Source of the DNA: Sphingobacterium sp.
GTDB lineage: Bacteria; Bacteroidota; Bacteroidia; Sphingobacteriales; Sphingobacteriaceae
Reading direction: 5' to 3'
Assembly: GCA_029239355.1 (NCBI GenBank)
Contig: JAQZAZ010000008.1
Location: 24,197-88,196 of the forward strand
Length of the DNA: 64,000 nt
Part shown: one piece after another, positions 1 through 9,009 of the stretch
Numbering within the stretch: position 1 is the first letter of the stretch
Layout of the letters: each line of letters opens with the position of its first letter
Made by a program: the position numbers and the translations under genes
Notes under the pieces: generated by a model
The model's database searches: none
Told to the model about the DNA's origin: nothing
What the model saw: the letters and a program-made list of their open reading frames with translations, nothing else

Positions 1-1134
1 AAATTGGCAACAGCCTTATTGTTTTTATGCACCTTGAATTCTTATGGGCAAAATCCAACGTTAAAAGAATGGCAAAAAGGAGTAAAAAAAGACGAATTTA
101 TTTATGATACAGCATCTTTCCCTTCCTGTCATTCCGCAACAATGGCAGAGACGGACCAAGGTCTGGTATATGCATTTTTTGGTGGAACAAAAGAACGTCA
201 TCCCGATGTTGAAATCTATGTGAGTAGATACGAAAATGGACACTGGACGGCTCCTGCGTCAGCCGCAGATGGTGTACAACCGGATGGGAAGCGGTTGCCG
301 ACCTGGAATCCTGTTTTATACCAAGTACCCGGGGGAGATCTCTTGTTATTCTACAAAATTGGGCCCAAACCATCGGAATGGTGGGGGATGCTCAAACGGT
401 CCAACGATGGTGGAAAGACTTGGTCTGCTGCCGAAAGATTGCCCGATGGCTTTATTGGACCGGTGAAAAACAAACCTGTTCTTTTGCAAAATGGCACCTT
501 GCTGAGTCCTTCAAGCACCGAAGGAAATGGTTGGAACGTACATTTTGAGGCGAGTTCGGATTTTGGTAAGACATGGCGAAAAATAGGTCCAATCGCTCGT
601 GGCAGTGACAACCTAGATGCTATACAACCAAGCATACTTGACCATGGAAATGGTCAATTGCAAATATTGGCGCGCACACGTAACCGTGCAGTTGTGACAT
701 CTTGGTCTAAGGACTGGGGCGAACATTGGTCCCCGTTGGAAAAAACGACGCTACCAAATAATAATTCGGGTACAGATGCCGTAACGCTAAAAGACGGACG
801 GCATGTATTGGTGTATAACCATGTACTTCCAGAAGGTAATTTAGCCAAGGGGGCACGCACCCCATTAAATGTTGCTTTTTCGAAAGATGGCAGGCACTGG
901 CAGGCCGCGCTTATTCTCGAGGATTCGCCAATCAGTCAGTATTCTTATCCAGCAGTGATTCAAACCAAGGATGGATTATTGCATTTTGGCTATACATGGC
1001 GTAGAAAGAAGATGAAACACGTCGTCGTGGATCCGAAGAAAGTGAAGTTAATCCCGATTGAGAATGGCATCTGGCCAATCAAAAAGGGATATAAAAAACC
1101 AGATCCCAATGCATATGTTAAGGAAGAAGATTAA
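1..1134 (+). CDS. BNR/Asp-box sialidase-fold hydrolase (GH33-like, BNR_2); candidate Kdo-type glycosidase; 5' end just outside window
   Basis: Four Asp-box motifs (SNDGGKTW, SSDFGKTW, SKDWGEHW, SKDGRHW), PSCHSAT, GPVKNKP and YSYP. The frame is open from base 1 and begins with the tail of a signal peptide (KLATALLFLCTLNSYGQ). Confidence 0.8.
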   Translation, partial: KLATALLFLCTLNSYGQNPTLKEWQKGVKKDEFIYDTASFPSCHSATMAETDQGLVYAFFGGTKERHPDVEIYVSRYENGHWTAPASAADGVQPDGKRLPTWNPVLYQVPGGDLLLFYKIGPKPSEWWGMLKRSNDGGKTWSAAERLPDGFIGPVKNKPVLLQNGTLLSPSSTEGNGWNVHFEASSDFGKTWRKIGPIARGSDNLDAIQPSILDHGNGQLQILARTRNRAVVTSWSKDWGEHWSPLEKTTLPNNNSGTDAVTLKDGRHVLVYNHVLPEGNLAKGARTPLNVAFSKDGRHWQAALILEDSPISQYSYPAVIQTKDGLLHFGYTWRRKKMKHVVVDPKKVKLIPIENGIWPIKKGYKKPDPNAYVKEED

Positions 1135-2527
1135 GTTCGTTTGTGCAGTCTGCTTGTTTTTTGTTTCGCTTGTTGTCAAGGGACAGGACAGCTTACTCAA
1201 TTATGAGCATAAATTTAAGCAGCCCCTGGAAAAAGTGCTGGCAATGATGCAAGAACGGTATCAGGTCAAGATCAAATATGATCCACGCAATGTCAAAGAC
1301 ATTATGGTGGACTATGCACCCTGGAAGTTTAGGGCGAGTCTTGCGGGGACAGAAATCAATTTGCTGTATCCTTTGGGTTTTAAGTTGCAAGAGGAAGCAA
1401 AGCCTAATACGTATAAATTAAAATCATACGAATATAACCGCTGGAAACCACAGGAAGGCTGGGATTTTCTGACCTTCCTGTCCAAAAAATATACGGATCA
1501 GGCAAGCTGGGAAAAGAGAAAATATCAATTGCGAGCTGCGGTTAGGCAAGCGATGTACTGGGATAAACTGAAAAGTATACCGGATCAACCCATTCGCTTG
1601 GGCAAGGCACGTCGCTATGCCGACTACCAAGTTCAGAACTTTGCCTTAGAAATTATACCGGGGGTCTATATCAATGGTAGTATCTATTCCCCGCTCAAGC
1701 AAAAGAAAAATATACCTGTGATGTTATCTCCTGATGGCCATTGGCCACAGCAGCGTTACCGTTCGGATGCGCAAAAGAGATTTATCACCTTGGCTCGACT
1801 GGGTTGTATGGCTGTAAGCTATGACCTATTTGCCTGGGGAGAGTCTTTATTGCAGTTTGCTGGTTCAGATCATCGCAGTAGCGAAGCCATGTTGATGCAG
1901 ACTTGGGGCGCTGAACGTATTTTAGATTACGTAACCAGCTTGCCACAGGTAGATCAAAAGCGAATAGGAATCAGTGGAGGCTCGGGTGGGGGTAGCCACA
2001 GTATTTTAATGGCCGCTTTAGACGATCGCTTCACGTTGGTCGCTCCTGTCGTGGCGATGTCTTCCTACTTCTTTGGTGGTTGCCCCTGTGAAAGTGGACT
2101 ACCCGTGCATTTTGTCTGTGGTGGAACCAATAATGTTGAGCTGGCAGCAATTACGGCACCGAAACCACAATTGATCATTTCCGATGGACAGGATTGGACG
2201 AAGGAAACTGACGTGCATGATTTTCCTTATCTGAAACACATCTATGGTTATTATGGACAGCAAAATCAGGTACAACACGCACATTTTCCTGAAGAAGGCC
2301 ATGATTTTGGGTATAACAAAAGGCAGGCATTGTACAAATTTCTGATAGATCATTTTCATTTAGATCAGGCTAAAGCTGCCGATATCATTGCAGAGACTTC
2401 TGTTCAGATCGAACCGGAGGAATTATTATACAGCTTTGGAAAGAAAGGTGAAAACTTACCAAAGAACGCGATTCATGGGATGGGAAAATTGAAAGCATTA
2501 TTAAAATCATACCAAATTGTACTATGA
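1115..2527 (+). CDS. Secreted alpha/beta-hydrolase carbohydrate esterase, CE19-like (BT1017-type pectin methylesterase candidate)
   Basis: Nucleophile elbow GISGGSGGG, SPDGHW, GCPCES and EGHDFG. ATG 1115 gives a clean signal peptide (MLRKKIKFVCAVCLFFVSLVVKG-Q). The CE19 assignment is from recalled similarity. Confidence 0.7.
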   Translation: MLRKKIKFVCAVCLFFVSLVVKGQDSLLNYEHKFKQPLEKVLAMMQERYQVKIKYDPRNVKDIMVDYAPWKFRASLAGTEINLLYPLGFKLQEEAKPNTYKLKSYEYNRWKPQEGWDFLTFLSKKYTDQASWEKRKYQLRAAVRQAMYWDKLKSIPDQPIRLGKARRYADYQVQNFALEIIPGVYINGSIYSPLKQKKNIPVMLSPDGHWPQQRYRSDAQKRFITLARLGCMAVSYDLFAWGESLLQFAGSDHRSSEAMLMQTWGAERILDYVTSLPQVDQKRIGISGGSGGGSHSILMAALDDRFTLVAPVVAMSSYFFGGCPCESGLPVHFVCGGTNNVELAAITAPKPQLIISDGQDWTKETDVHDFPYLKHIYGYYGQQNQVQHAHFPEEGHDFGYNKRQALYKFLIDHFHLDQAKAADIIAETSVQIEPEELLYSFGKKGENLPKNAIHGMGKLKALLKSYQIVL

Positions 2528-3411
2528 TGAACCGAAAAAAATTTATACTGGATACCTTGGCGTTAGTTGGCGTTGCAGCCCTGCCTTCTGCTGTTTTTGC
2601 GGCTCCTGAGCGACGCTATCATGTCGCCGTAATTGATCTGATGATCTTAAAGCGCCAAAAGCTAAGTGCATTTGACCTAGCGAAAGAAATAGGAGCAGAT
2701 GGGTTAGAAGTTGATATGGGCGGATTGGGCAACCGGGTTACTTTTGACAGTAAGTTAGTTGATCCCACTGTACAGAAAACCTTTCTCGACAAGGCGAAGG
2801 AAACTGGATTAACGATCTGTTCGTTAGCTATGACTGGTTTCTATGCACAGTCTTTTGCCACGCGACCGACTTATCAGCAGATGGTAGGGGATTGTTTGGA
2901 CACTTGTCAGAAAATGGGCGTTAAAGTGGCTTTTTTGCCTTTGGGCGTAACGTGCGATTTGGTTAAGTATCCTGAGTTGCGACCTGCTATCGTAGAGCGT
3001 CTTCGTGTGGTAGGTGGGATGGCAAAAAAGGCCGGTGTGGTGATCGGAATTGAAACAGCATTGGACGCGAAAGGTGAAGTCGGTCTTTTAAAAGAAGTTG
3101 GCTCCAAACATATCCAAATCTATTTTAATTTTTCCAATCCGTTGAAAGAAGGACGTGATCTGATTCAAGAGCTTACTATTTTAGGAAAGAAGCGGATCTG
3201 TCAGATACATTGTACGGATGAGGACGGTGTCTGGCTCGAAAATAATAAACGACTGAATATGCCCTTGGTAAAACAAACCTTAGATCGCATGGGCTGGCAA
3301 GGTTGGCTCGTGATCGAGCGGTCGCGTGACGCAAATCTACCCCCACGGGCTGTTAAAGAAAATTTCGGTGCAAATACACGTTACGTAAAACAGGTGTTTC
3401 AATGCGCATAA
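2524..3411 (+). CDS. Sugar phosphate isomerase/epimerase family TIM-barrel protein (AP_endonuc_2) with export signal
   Basis: GLEVD, GIET, QIHCTD and LVIER metal-site pattern. N-terminus MMNRKKFILDTLALVGVAALPSAVFA is a Tat-like or Sec signal. ATGA overlap with the upstream gene. Confidence 0.8.
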   Translation: MMNRKKFILDTLALVGVAALPSAVFAAPERRYHVAVIDLMILKRQKLSAFDLAKEIGADGLEVDMGGLGNRVTFDSKLVDPTVQKTFLDKAKETGLTICSLAMTGFYAQSFATRPTYQQMVGDCLDTCQKMGVKVAFLPLGVTCDLVKYPELRPAIVERLRVVGGMAKKAGVVIGIETALDAKGEVGLLKEVGSKHIQIYFNFSNPLKEGRDLIQELTILGKKRICQIHCTDEDGVWLENNKRLNMPLVKQTLDRMGWQGWLVIERSRDANLPPRAVKENFGANTRYVKQVFQCA

Positions 3412-4865
3412 ACTGGATAATATCACTTGTGGCGGTCATACTGGGAATGCAGGGATGTCGAAGTATTCCGGTTGACAAGCAGTTGGATAAGGTGTTGCTG
3501 CGTGCGGATCAGGTAGGGGCCGAAGAGATGCCTAGAGAGCCCGAGAAGGTGCAATCTCCTTTTACGGCATGGAATGTCCAACGGCCAACATTTCCGATGC
3601 GAAAAGATACCGTATGGCCTGCTGAAAGTATTCAGGCTAAGCTCGATCAGCTTGCTGCACAGGGTGGTGGGACTTTGATATTGAAAGGGCATCATCATAC
3701 TGGACGGATTACGCTGAGATCCCATATTAATCTACAGCTGGATGCGGGTTCAGTATTAGAATTTGAAAGTGAAATTGAGGACTTTCTTCCCGTAGTGTTT
3801 ACACGAAATGAAGGGGTAGAATTATATAGTTTGGGTGCGTGTATTTATGCTAATGGAGCCGAAAATATTGCTGTCACAGGATCGGGTAAGGTTATTGGCC
3901 CTGGTGATGGAAGTGTTCGAAGCAAAACCATGACGCACGATGTCATTGAAAAGATTGTGGACAGTAATACGCCTGTCGATCAGCGAATCTATGATGGTAA
4001 AACAGCAGATTTTATCTTTCCACCCGCACTTATTGCTCCTATTAACTGCAAAAAAGTTTGGATCGAAGGTGTATCACTGGAGCGTACGGCTTTTTGGAAT
4101 ATCGTTCCCACGTACTGTGAGGATGTCGTGATCCGGGGGGTACGTATACAGTCAATTGGTATACCACGGGGTGATGGGATAGATATTGAATCGTGCAACC
4201 GCGTGCTTGTGGAGTACTGCACCCTGAACACTGGCGACGATTGTATCGCCGTAAAAGCGGGACGTGGATATGATGGACTACGGGTGAACAGACCTTCGGA
4301 AAATATTGTAGTCCGCTATTGCTTTTCGGAAAAAGGTCATGGTGGATTTACGATTGGTAGCGAGACTGCGGGCATGGCAAAGCAGGTGTATGTCCATGAT
4401 TGTGTGTTTGGAAAAACCAATGTTGGTATACGTTTTAAGACCAGAAGACCGCGAGGAGGAGGCGGATCTACCATGCGTTTTGAACGTATTCGCATGCGGG
4501 ATGTCGAGTCGGCATTGCGTTGGGATATGCTGGGACAGGCCCAGCACGTTGGAAACCAAGCCAACCGTGATTTCGAAGTGCAAAAGAATGTTTTGACCCC
4601 GCATTTTTCCGATATCCAAATAGAGGACGTGTATATTGATGCTGCTAAAGATTGTATTAAGATCGAAGGTATTCCAGAATCGGTCTTGGAAGATGTTAGA
4701 ATTGATCGCGTCTTTGGCCGTGGGGACCGTTATCTGTCAGTTAAAGACGCTAAAAATATCAAGATTAAAAATAGTGTGTTTGTGTGTAAAGATACCAGCG
4801 TCTCAATAACCAATGTTTCGGGGCTGACACAGGATCGCGTGCGTGTGATGACTGAGTCTCCTTAA
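3402..4865 (+). CDS. GH28 polygalacturonase/alpha-galacturonidase, lipoprotein
   Basis: GDGID, GDDCIAVKAG, GHGG..IGSE and RFKT motifs; lipobox LGMQG-C. Confidence 0.92.
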   Translation: MRINWIISLVAVILGMQGCRSIPVDKQLDKVLLRADQVGAEEMPREPEKVQSPFTAWNVQRPTFPMRKDTVWPAESIQAKLDQLAAQGGGTLILKGHHHTGRITLRSHINLQLDAGSVLEFESEIEDFLPVVFTRNEGVELYSLGACIYANGAENIAVTGSGKVIGPGDGSVRSKTMTHDVIEKIVDSNTPVDQRIYDGKTADFIFPPALIAPINCKKVWIEGVSLERTAFWNIVPTYCEDVVIRGVRIQSIGIPRGDGIDIESCNRVLVEYCTLNTGDDCIAVKAGRGYDGLRVNRPSENIVVRYCFSEKGHGGFTIGSETAGMAKQVYVHDCVFGKTNVGIRFKTRRPRGGGGSTMRFERIRMRDVESALRWDMLGQAQHVGNQANRDFEVQKNVLTPHFSDIQIEDVYIDAAKDCIKIEGIPESVLEDVRIDRVFGRGDRYLSVKDAKNIKIKNSVFVCKDTSVSITNVSGLTQDRVRVMTESP

Positions 4866-4903
4866 TATTGAATATGGATACAGCTAGGGATAAAATAAAA
4901 AGA

Positions 4904-7642
4904 ATGAAGAATATTGGAAAGCAAGGATTCATTTTATGGAGCATTTTCCTGTTATTGCTGGCTATGCCCATGGTTGGTATGGCCAAATTATCGGTGACTC
5001 GTGTGTTAATAGAGGGGCGCGAAAACCCATTGGGCATAAATACATTAAAACCCTTATTTAGCTGGCAATTGCACAGCGATAAATTTGATGTGCAACAACA
5101 GGCTTATCGTATCCAGGTCAGTAAAAGTGTTCGTTTTGTGAAGCAGGATCTGCTTTGGGATTCCCAATGGGTACTGACGGAACAAGCCTTAAATTTGTTA
5201 TATAAGGGAAACCCTTTAACTTCTGGTACAAGCTATTACTTACGTGTGCAGGTACGTGACAATAAAAAGGAGACAGCTACAAGCGCGGTACAACGCTTTC
5301 ATACTGGATTGTTGAACGCAGAAGATTGGGGGAATGCACGATGGATTGCTAAAGATATATTGCCAGATTCGTTTATCAACCCTCTACCTCTAAGCTCCAG
5401 CAAGCTTCGTTTAGACAAGAGTTATGACCTTCCGGTTTTTCGGAAATCAGTTCAGGTGAAAAAGAAGATCAGTTCTTCAATCGCTTATGTTGCAGGCCTG
5501 GGACATTATGAATTGCTCTTGAACGGCAAGCGGGTAGATGATGCGGTGCTACAGCCGGGCTGGACGAAATACGACAAAGAGGCCTATTATGTGGTTTACG
5601 ATCTTACCCATGTCTGGCAGCAGGGAAAGAATACGATTGCTGCCCTATTAGGAAATGGGTTTTATTATATTCCACCAATTAAAGGCCGATTCCAAAAACA
5701 TAAAGTTGCTTTTGGCCTACCAAAGCTCAAACTTAAGATCGTCAATACCTACACAGATGGAACGCAAGAATTCATCGTGAGTGACGCCGACTGGAAAACA
5801 CATCGGTCGCCAATTACTTTTTCCAGCATGTATGGGGGCGAGGACTACGATGCGCGAATTTTGCCTGATCATTGGTCTGCTCCCACTTATGATGACACGA
5901 GCTGGCAGCAAGCCCTCATTACGGATGGACCGAAGCTTAGGGCACAGGATATCGATCCGGTAAAAATTATGCAGCGTTTCGCACCTGTTGGATTGCAGCA
6001 AACTGATGGGGGAAAACGGATCACCTATGATTTTGGACAGAATGCCTCGGGTATAGTCACCTTGCGAATGACCGGACAAGCTGGAGATACCGTGCGGGTT
6101 TATCCGGCCGAATTGATGACTGCTGATGGACGCCCTAGTCAAAAACATTCAGGAAGCCCTTATTACTACCAATATATTTTTGCAAAAGATGAGACTGTGT
6201 CCTGGCAGCCGCGTTTTACCTATTATGGGTTTCGTTATGCCGAAGTTCAGCAACATCCTGCGGGCAGCAAACCGATTCGAATCGATGCGATACAATTGGC
6301 CCATATCCGAAATAGTACAGCACAAGTTGGAAGCTTTGAAAGTTCCGATACACTCTTTAATCAGATCCATGAATTGATCAATTGGGCAATTAAGAGTAAT
6401 ATGGTCAGTGTCTTTACTGATTGTCCACATCGTGAAAAATTAGGATGGTTGGAGCAATTGCATTTGATGGGACCGTCGGTGCAATTTAACTTTGATGCTG
6501 AGCGTTTGTTTGCCAAGTCGCTGCGGGATATGCGGCACTCTCAAACAAAGGACGGGCTGGTCCCTGAAATAGCCCCCGAATACGTACAGTTTGACTGGGG
6601 CGGGGATATGTTCAGGGACTCACCTGAGTGGGGAAGCAGTTCAATTATCCTAGCCTGGTATGCTTATCGCTGGTATGGAAATGAAGCTTTCCTTGCCGAT
6701 AATTATACCATGATGACCCGATATATTGATTATTTAGGTACAAGGGCGAAGGATCATATTTTGACACAGGGTTTGGGTGACTGGTATGATTTGGGGCCTG
6801 AACGTCCGGGTGTATCCCAGCTGACTACTCCAGGAATTACGGCTACAGCAATATATTACTACGACTTGAAGCTCATGGTAGACATCGCTACGCTACTTGG
6901 AAAAAAAGAAGATGCCGAAAAATTTAAGACGTTACAGCAGGCTGTATTCAATGCGTTCAATCAGCAATTTTATCGATCTCAGGAACATAGCTATGGTTCT
7001 GGTAGTCAGACGGCGTTAGCCATGCCACTCTATGTTGGATTAGTACCTCAGGAGGCTGAACAGGCAGTTTTTGAAAGGCTAACGACAACGGTCTGCCAAA
7101 ACGATACGGCGTTGACGGCGGGAGATATCGGTCATCGTTATCTATTACAGATGTTGCAGGCCAACAACCGTGACGATCTCATCTATGCTATGCATCACCG
7201 TGACGACCGGCCCGGGTATGGTTATCAGCTGCGGAAGGGGGCCACGGCACTGACCGAGTCCTGGGCGGGGCTCCCGAACGTTTCCAATAATCATTTTATG
7301 CTTGGACACTTAATGGAGTGGTTCCATACCGGACTTGGTGGGATACAGCAAGATATAGGATCGACCGCATTTAAACATTTTCGGATCGAGCCCAAAATGC
7401 TGGACCTCCTGAAAGACTGCGAAATAAGTTTTAAAAGCCCTTATGGAAAGATCTATTTTAACCGGAAACAGACTAACGGAAATTATCAACTGGAAATTCC
7501 TGTCAATAGCCAATGTACGTTGATTTTGCCTAAAGGAAGCTATTTGGTCAATGGAAAGCAGCTGGATCGCGATGCTGTGGTTTCTACCAAGGAGCAGGTG
7601 GAACTGAAATTGGGCTCGGGAAAATATACCATTACGAAGTAA
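4904..7642 (+). CDS. GH78 alpha-L-rhamnosidase
   Basis: TDCPHREKLGWLE, DFGQN, GLGDW, ALTESW and SNNHFMLG. ATG 4904 gives the best signal peptide; the ORF track starts at 4868. Confidence 0.92.
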   Translation: MKNIGKQGFILWSIFLLLLAMPMVGMAKLSVTRVLIEGRENPLGINTLKPLFSWQLHSDKFDVQQQAYRIQVSKSVRFVKQDLLWDSQWVLTEQALNLLYKGNPLTSGTSYYLRVQVRDNKKETATSAVQRFHTGLLNAEDWGNARWIAKDILPDSFINPLPLSSSKLRLDKSYDLPVFRKSVQVKKKISSSIAYVAGLGHYELLLNGKRVDDAVLQPGWTKYDKEAYYVVYDLTHVWQQGKNTIAALLGNGFYYIPPIKGRFQKHKVAFGLPKLKLKIVNTYTDGTQEFIVSDADWKTHRSPITFSSMYGGEDYDARILPDHWSAPTYDDTSWQQALITDGPKLRAQDIDPVKIMQRFAPVGLQQTDGGKRITYDFGQNASGIVTLRMTGQAGDTVRVYPAELMTADGRPSQKHSGSPYYYQYIFAKDETVSWQPRFTYYGFRYAEVQQHPAGSKPIRIDAIQLAHIRNSTAQVGSFESSDTLFNQIHELINWAIKSNMVSVFTDCPHREKLGWLEQLHLMGPSVQFNFDAERLFAKSLRDMRHSQTKDGLVPEIAPEYVQFDWGGDMFRDSPEWGSSSIILAWYAYRWYGNEAFLADNYTMMTRYIDYLGTRAKDHILTQGLGDWYDLGPERPGVSQLTTPGITATAIYYYDLKLMVDIATLLGKKEDAEKFKTLQQAVFNAFNQQFYRSQEHSYGSGSQTALAMPLYVGLVPQEAEQAVFERLTTTVCQNDTALTAGDIGHRYLLQMLQANNRDDLIYAMHHRDDRPGYGYQLRKGATALTESWAGLPNVSNNHFMLGHLMEWFHTGLGGIQQDIGSTAFKHFRIEPKMLDLLKDCEISFKSPYGKIYFNRKQTNGNYQLEIPVNSQCTLILPKGSYLVNGKQLDRDAVVSTKEQVELKLGSGKYTITK

Positions 7643-7739
7643 AAGCAAGCAAGCTCCCTGTCGTTAAAAGTAGCATGGACAATGGTCTTGCTGTCACATG
7701 AGGGACTTGAAAGCAACGATGAAAGAATAACGATTACAG

Positions 7740-8840
7740 ATGAGACGACTGAAAAGAATACTACTATTGCTGTTTTTTGCATTGCCAGGCTGGACATCTT
7801 GGGCACATGCTCAACGAATTTCCAGTGCGGAGATGACAAAAATTTATGAAGAAGTAAAGACACCTTACAAGTACGGGCTCGTGTTGGTTCCGCAGCATAA
7901 AGGTGAACTGATGGACTGTCCAACCCTATACAAAGCCGGAAAATATTGGTATATGACCTATATTGTGTTTGATGGAAGTGGTTATGAGACCTGGCTGGCG
8001 CAGAGCACGGATCTCCTGCATTGGGAGACACTGGGGAAACAGCTTGCTGTGGCACCCGATGGTAACTGGGATGCCAAGCAGCGAGCAGGATACAATGCTT
8101 TGGTTGATACAAAATGGGGTGGAACATATAAACTCAATACTTACGCTGGAAAATATTGGATGTCTTATTTTGGAGGTTCTACTGCAGGCTATGAGCCTGA
8201 ACCCTTGTCGATTGGGATGGCTTACACCAGTAAAAAGCCCACCAAACCCGTCCAGTGGCAGCAGCTGCCCAATCCGGTTCTAAACAGTACGGATCCAGAT
8301 GTTTCCTGGTGGGAAAATCGTCATAAACTATTTAAAAGCTATGTCATTGAGGATCCTGATAGAAATACAGCGCATCGTTTTGTGATGTATTACAATGCTG
8401 TAGGCGATTCATTAGCAAACAACAAGGCGACCCGTTGGTATGAACGTATCGGTATGGCCGTATCAGACGATATGAAAACTTGGAAGCGCTTTCAGAAAGA
8501 TCCAGTGGTTCATCACCCCATGGGCATCACTGGTGATCCCATGATCCAACGTATTCATGGTAACTGGGTGATGTTCTATTTTGGTGCATTCTGGAAAGAT
8601 CGTAAAGGTGCATTCAACCGCTTTGCTGCCTCGAAGGATCTGATCCATTGGACAGATTGGCAAGGTGACAACCTTATCGAATCAAGTGAAAGCTTTGATC
8701 AGCAGTATGCCCACAAGTCTTTTGTGCTGAAAACGGAGGGGGTTGTCTATCATTTTTATTGTGCAGTGGATAGCAAAGGTAACCGTGGTATCGCCGTGGC
8801 GACCTCCAAAGATCTAGGTCGGAGCAATGTGCATTTTTAA
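7740..8840 (+). CDS. GH137 beta-L-arabinofuranosidase (stand-alone beta-propeller)
   Basis: IYEEVKTPYKYGLV, DCPT..YMTY..GYETWLA.S.DLLHW and terminal RGIAVATSK match my recollection of the BT0996 N-terminal GH137 domain; signal peptide present. Confidence 0.78.
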   Translation: MRRLKRILLLLFFALPGWTSWAHAQRISSAEMTKIYEEVKTPYKYGLVLVPQHKGELMDCPTLYKAGKYWYMTYIVFDGSGYETWLAQSTDLLHWETLGKQLAVAPDGNWDAKQRAGYNALVDTKWGGTYKLNTYAGKYWMSYFGGSTAGYEPEPLSIGMAYTSKKPTKPVQWQQLPNPVLNSTDPDVSWWENRHKLFKSYVIEDPDRNTAHRFVMYYNAVGDSLANNKATRWYERIGMAVSDDMKTWKRFQKDPVVHHPMGITGDPMIQRIHGNWVMFYFGAFWKDRKGAFNRFAASKDLIHWTDWQGDNLIESSESFDQQYAHKSFVLKTEGVVYHFYCAVDSKGNRGIAVATSKDLGRSNVHF

Positions 8841-9009
8841 GATCTTAAACCAAAAGCACGGATAGTCCTTAGGAAATCATCATCCAGGAAGGACCATTCT
8901 ATCCAAGCTTTGAATCGGGCAGCATAAATGCCCTAAATTGATTAATGAATAAAGAAACAAGCACAACAACATCATTGATGGCAATGGGGTTTATAAATCA
9001 TCATTTAAT

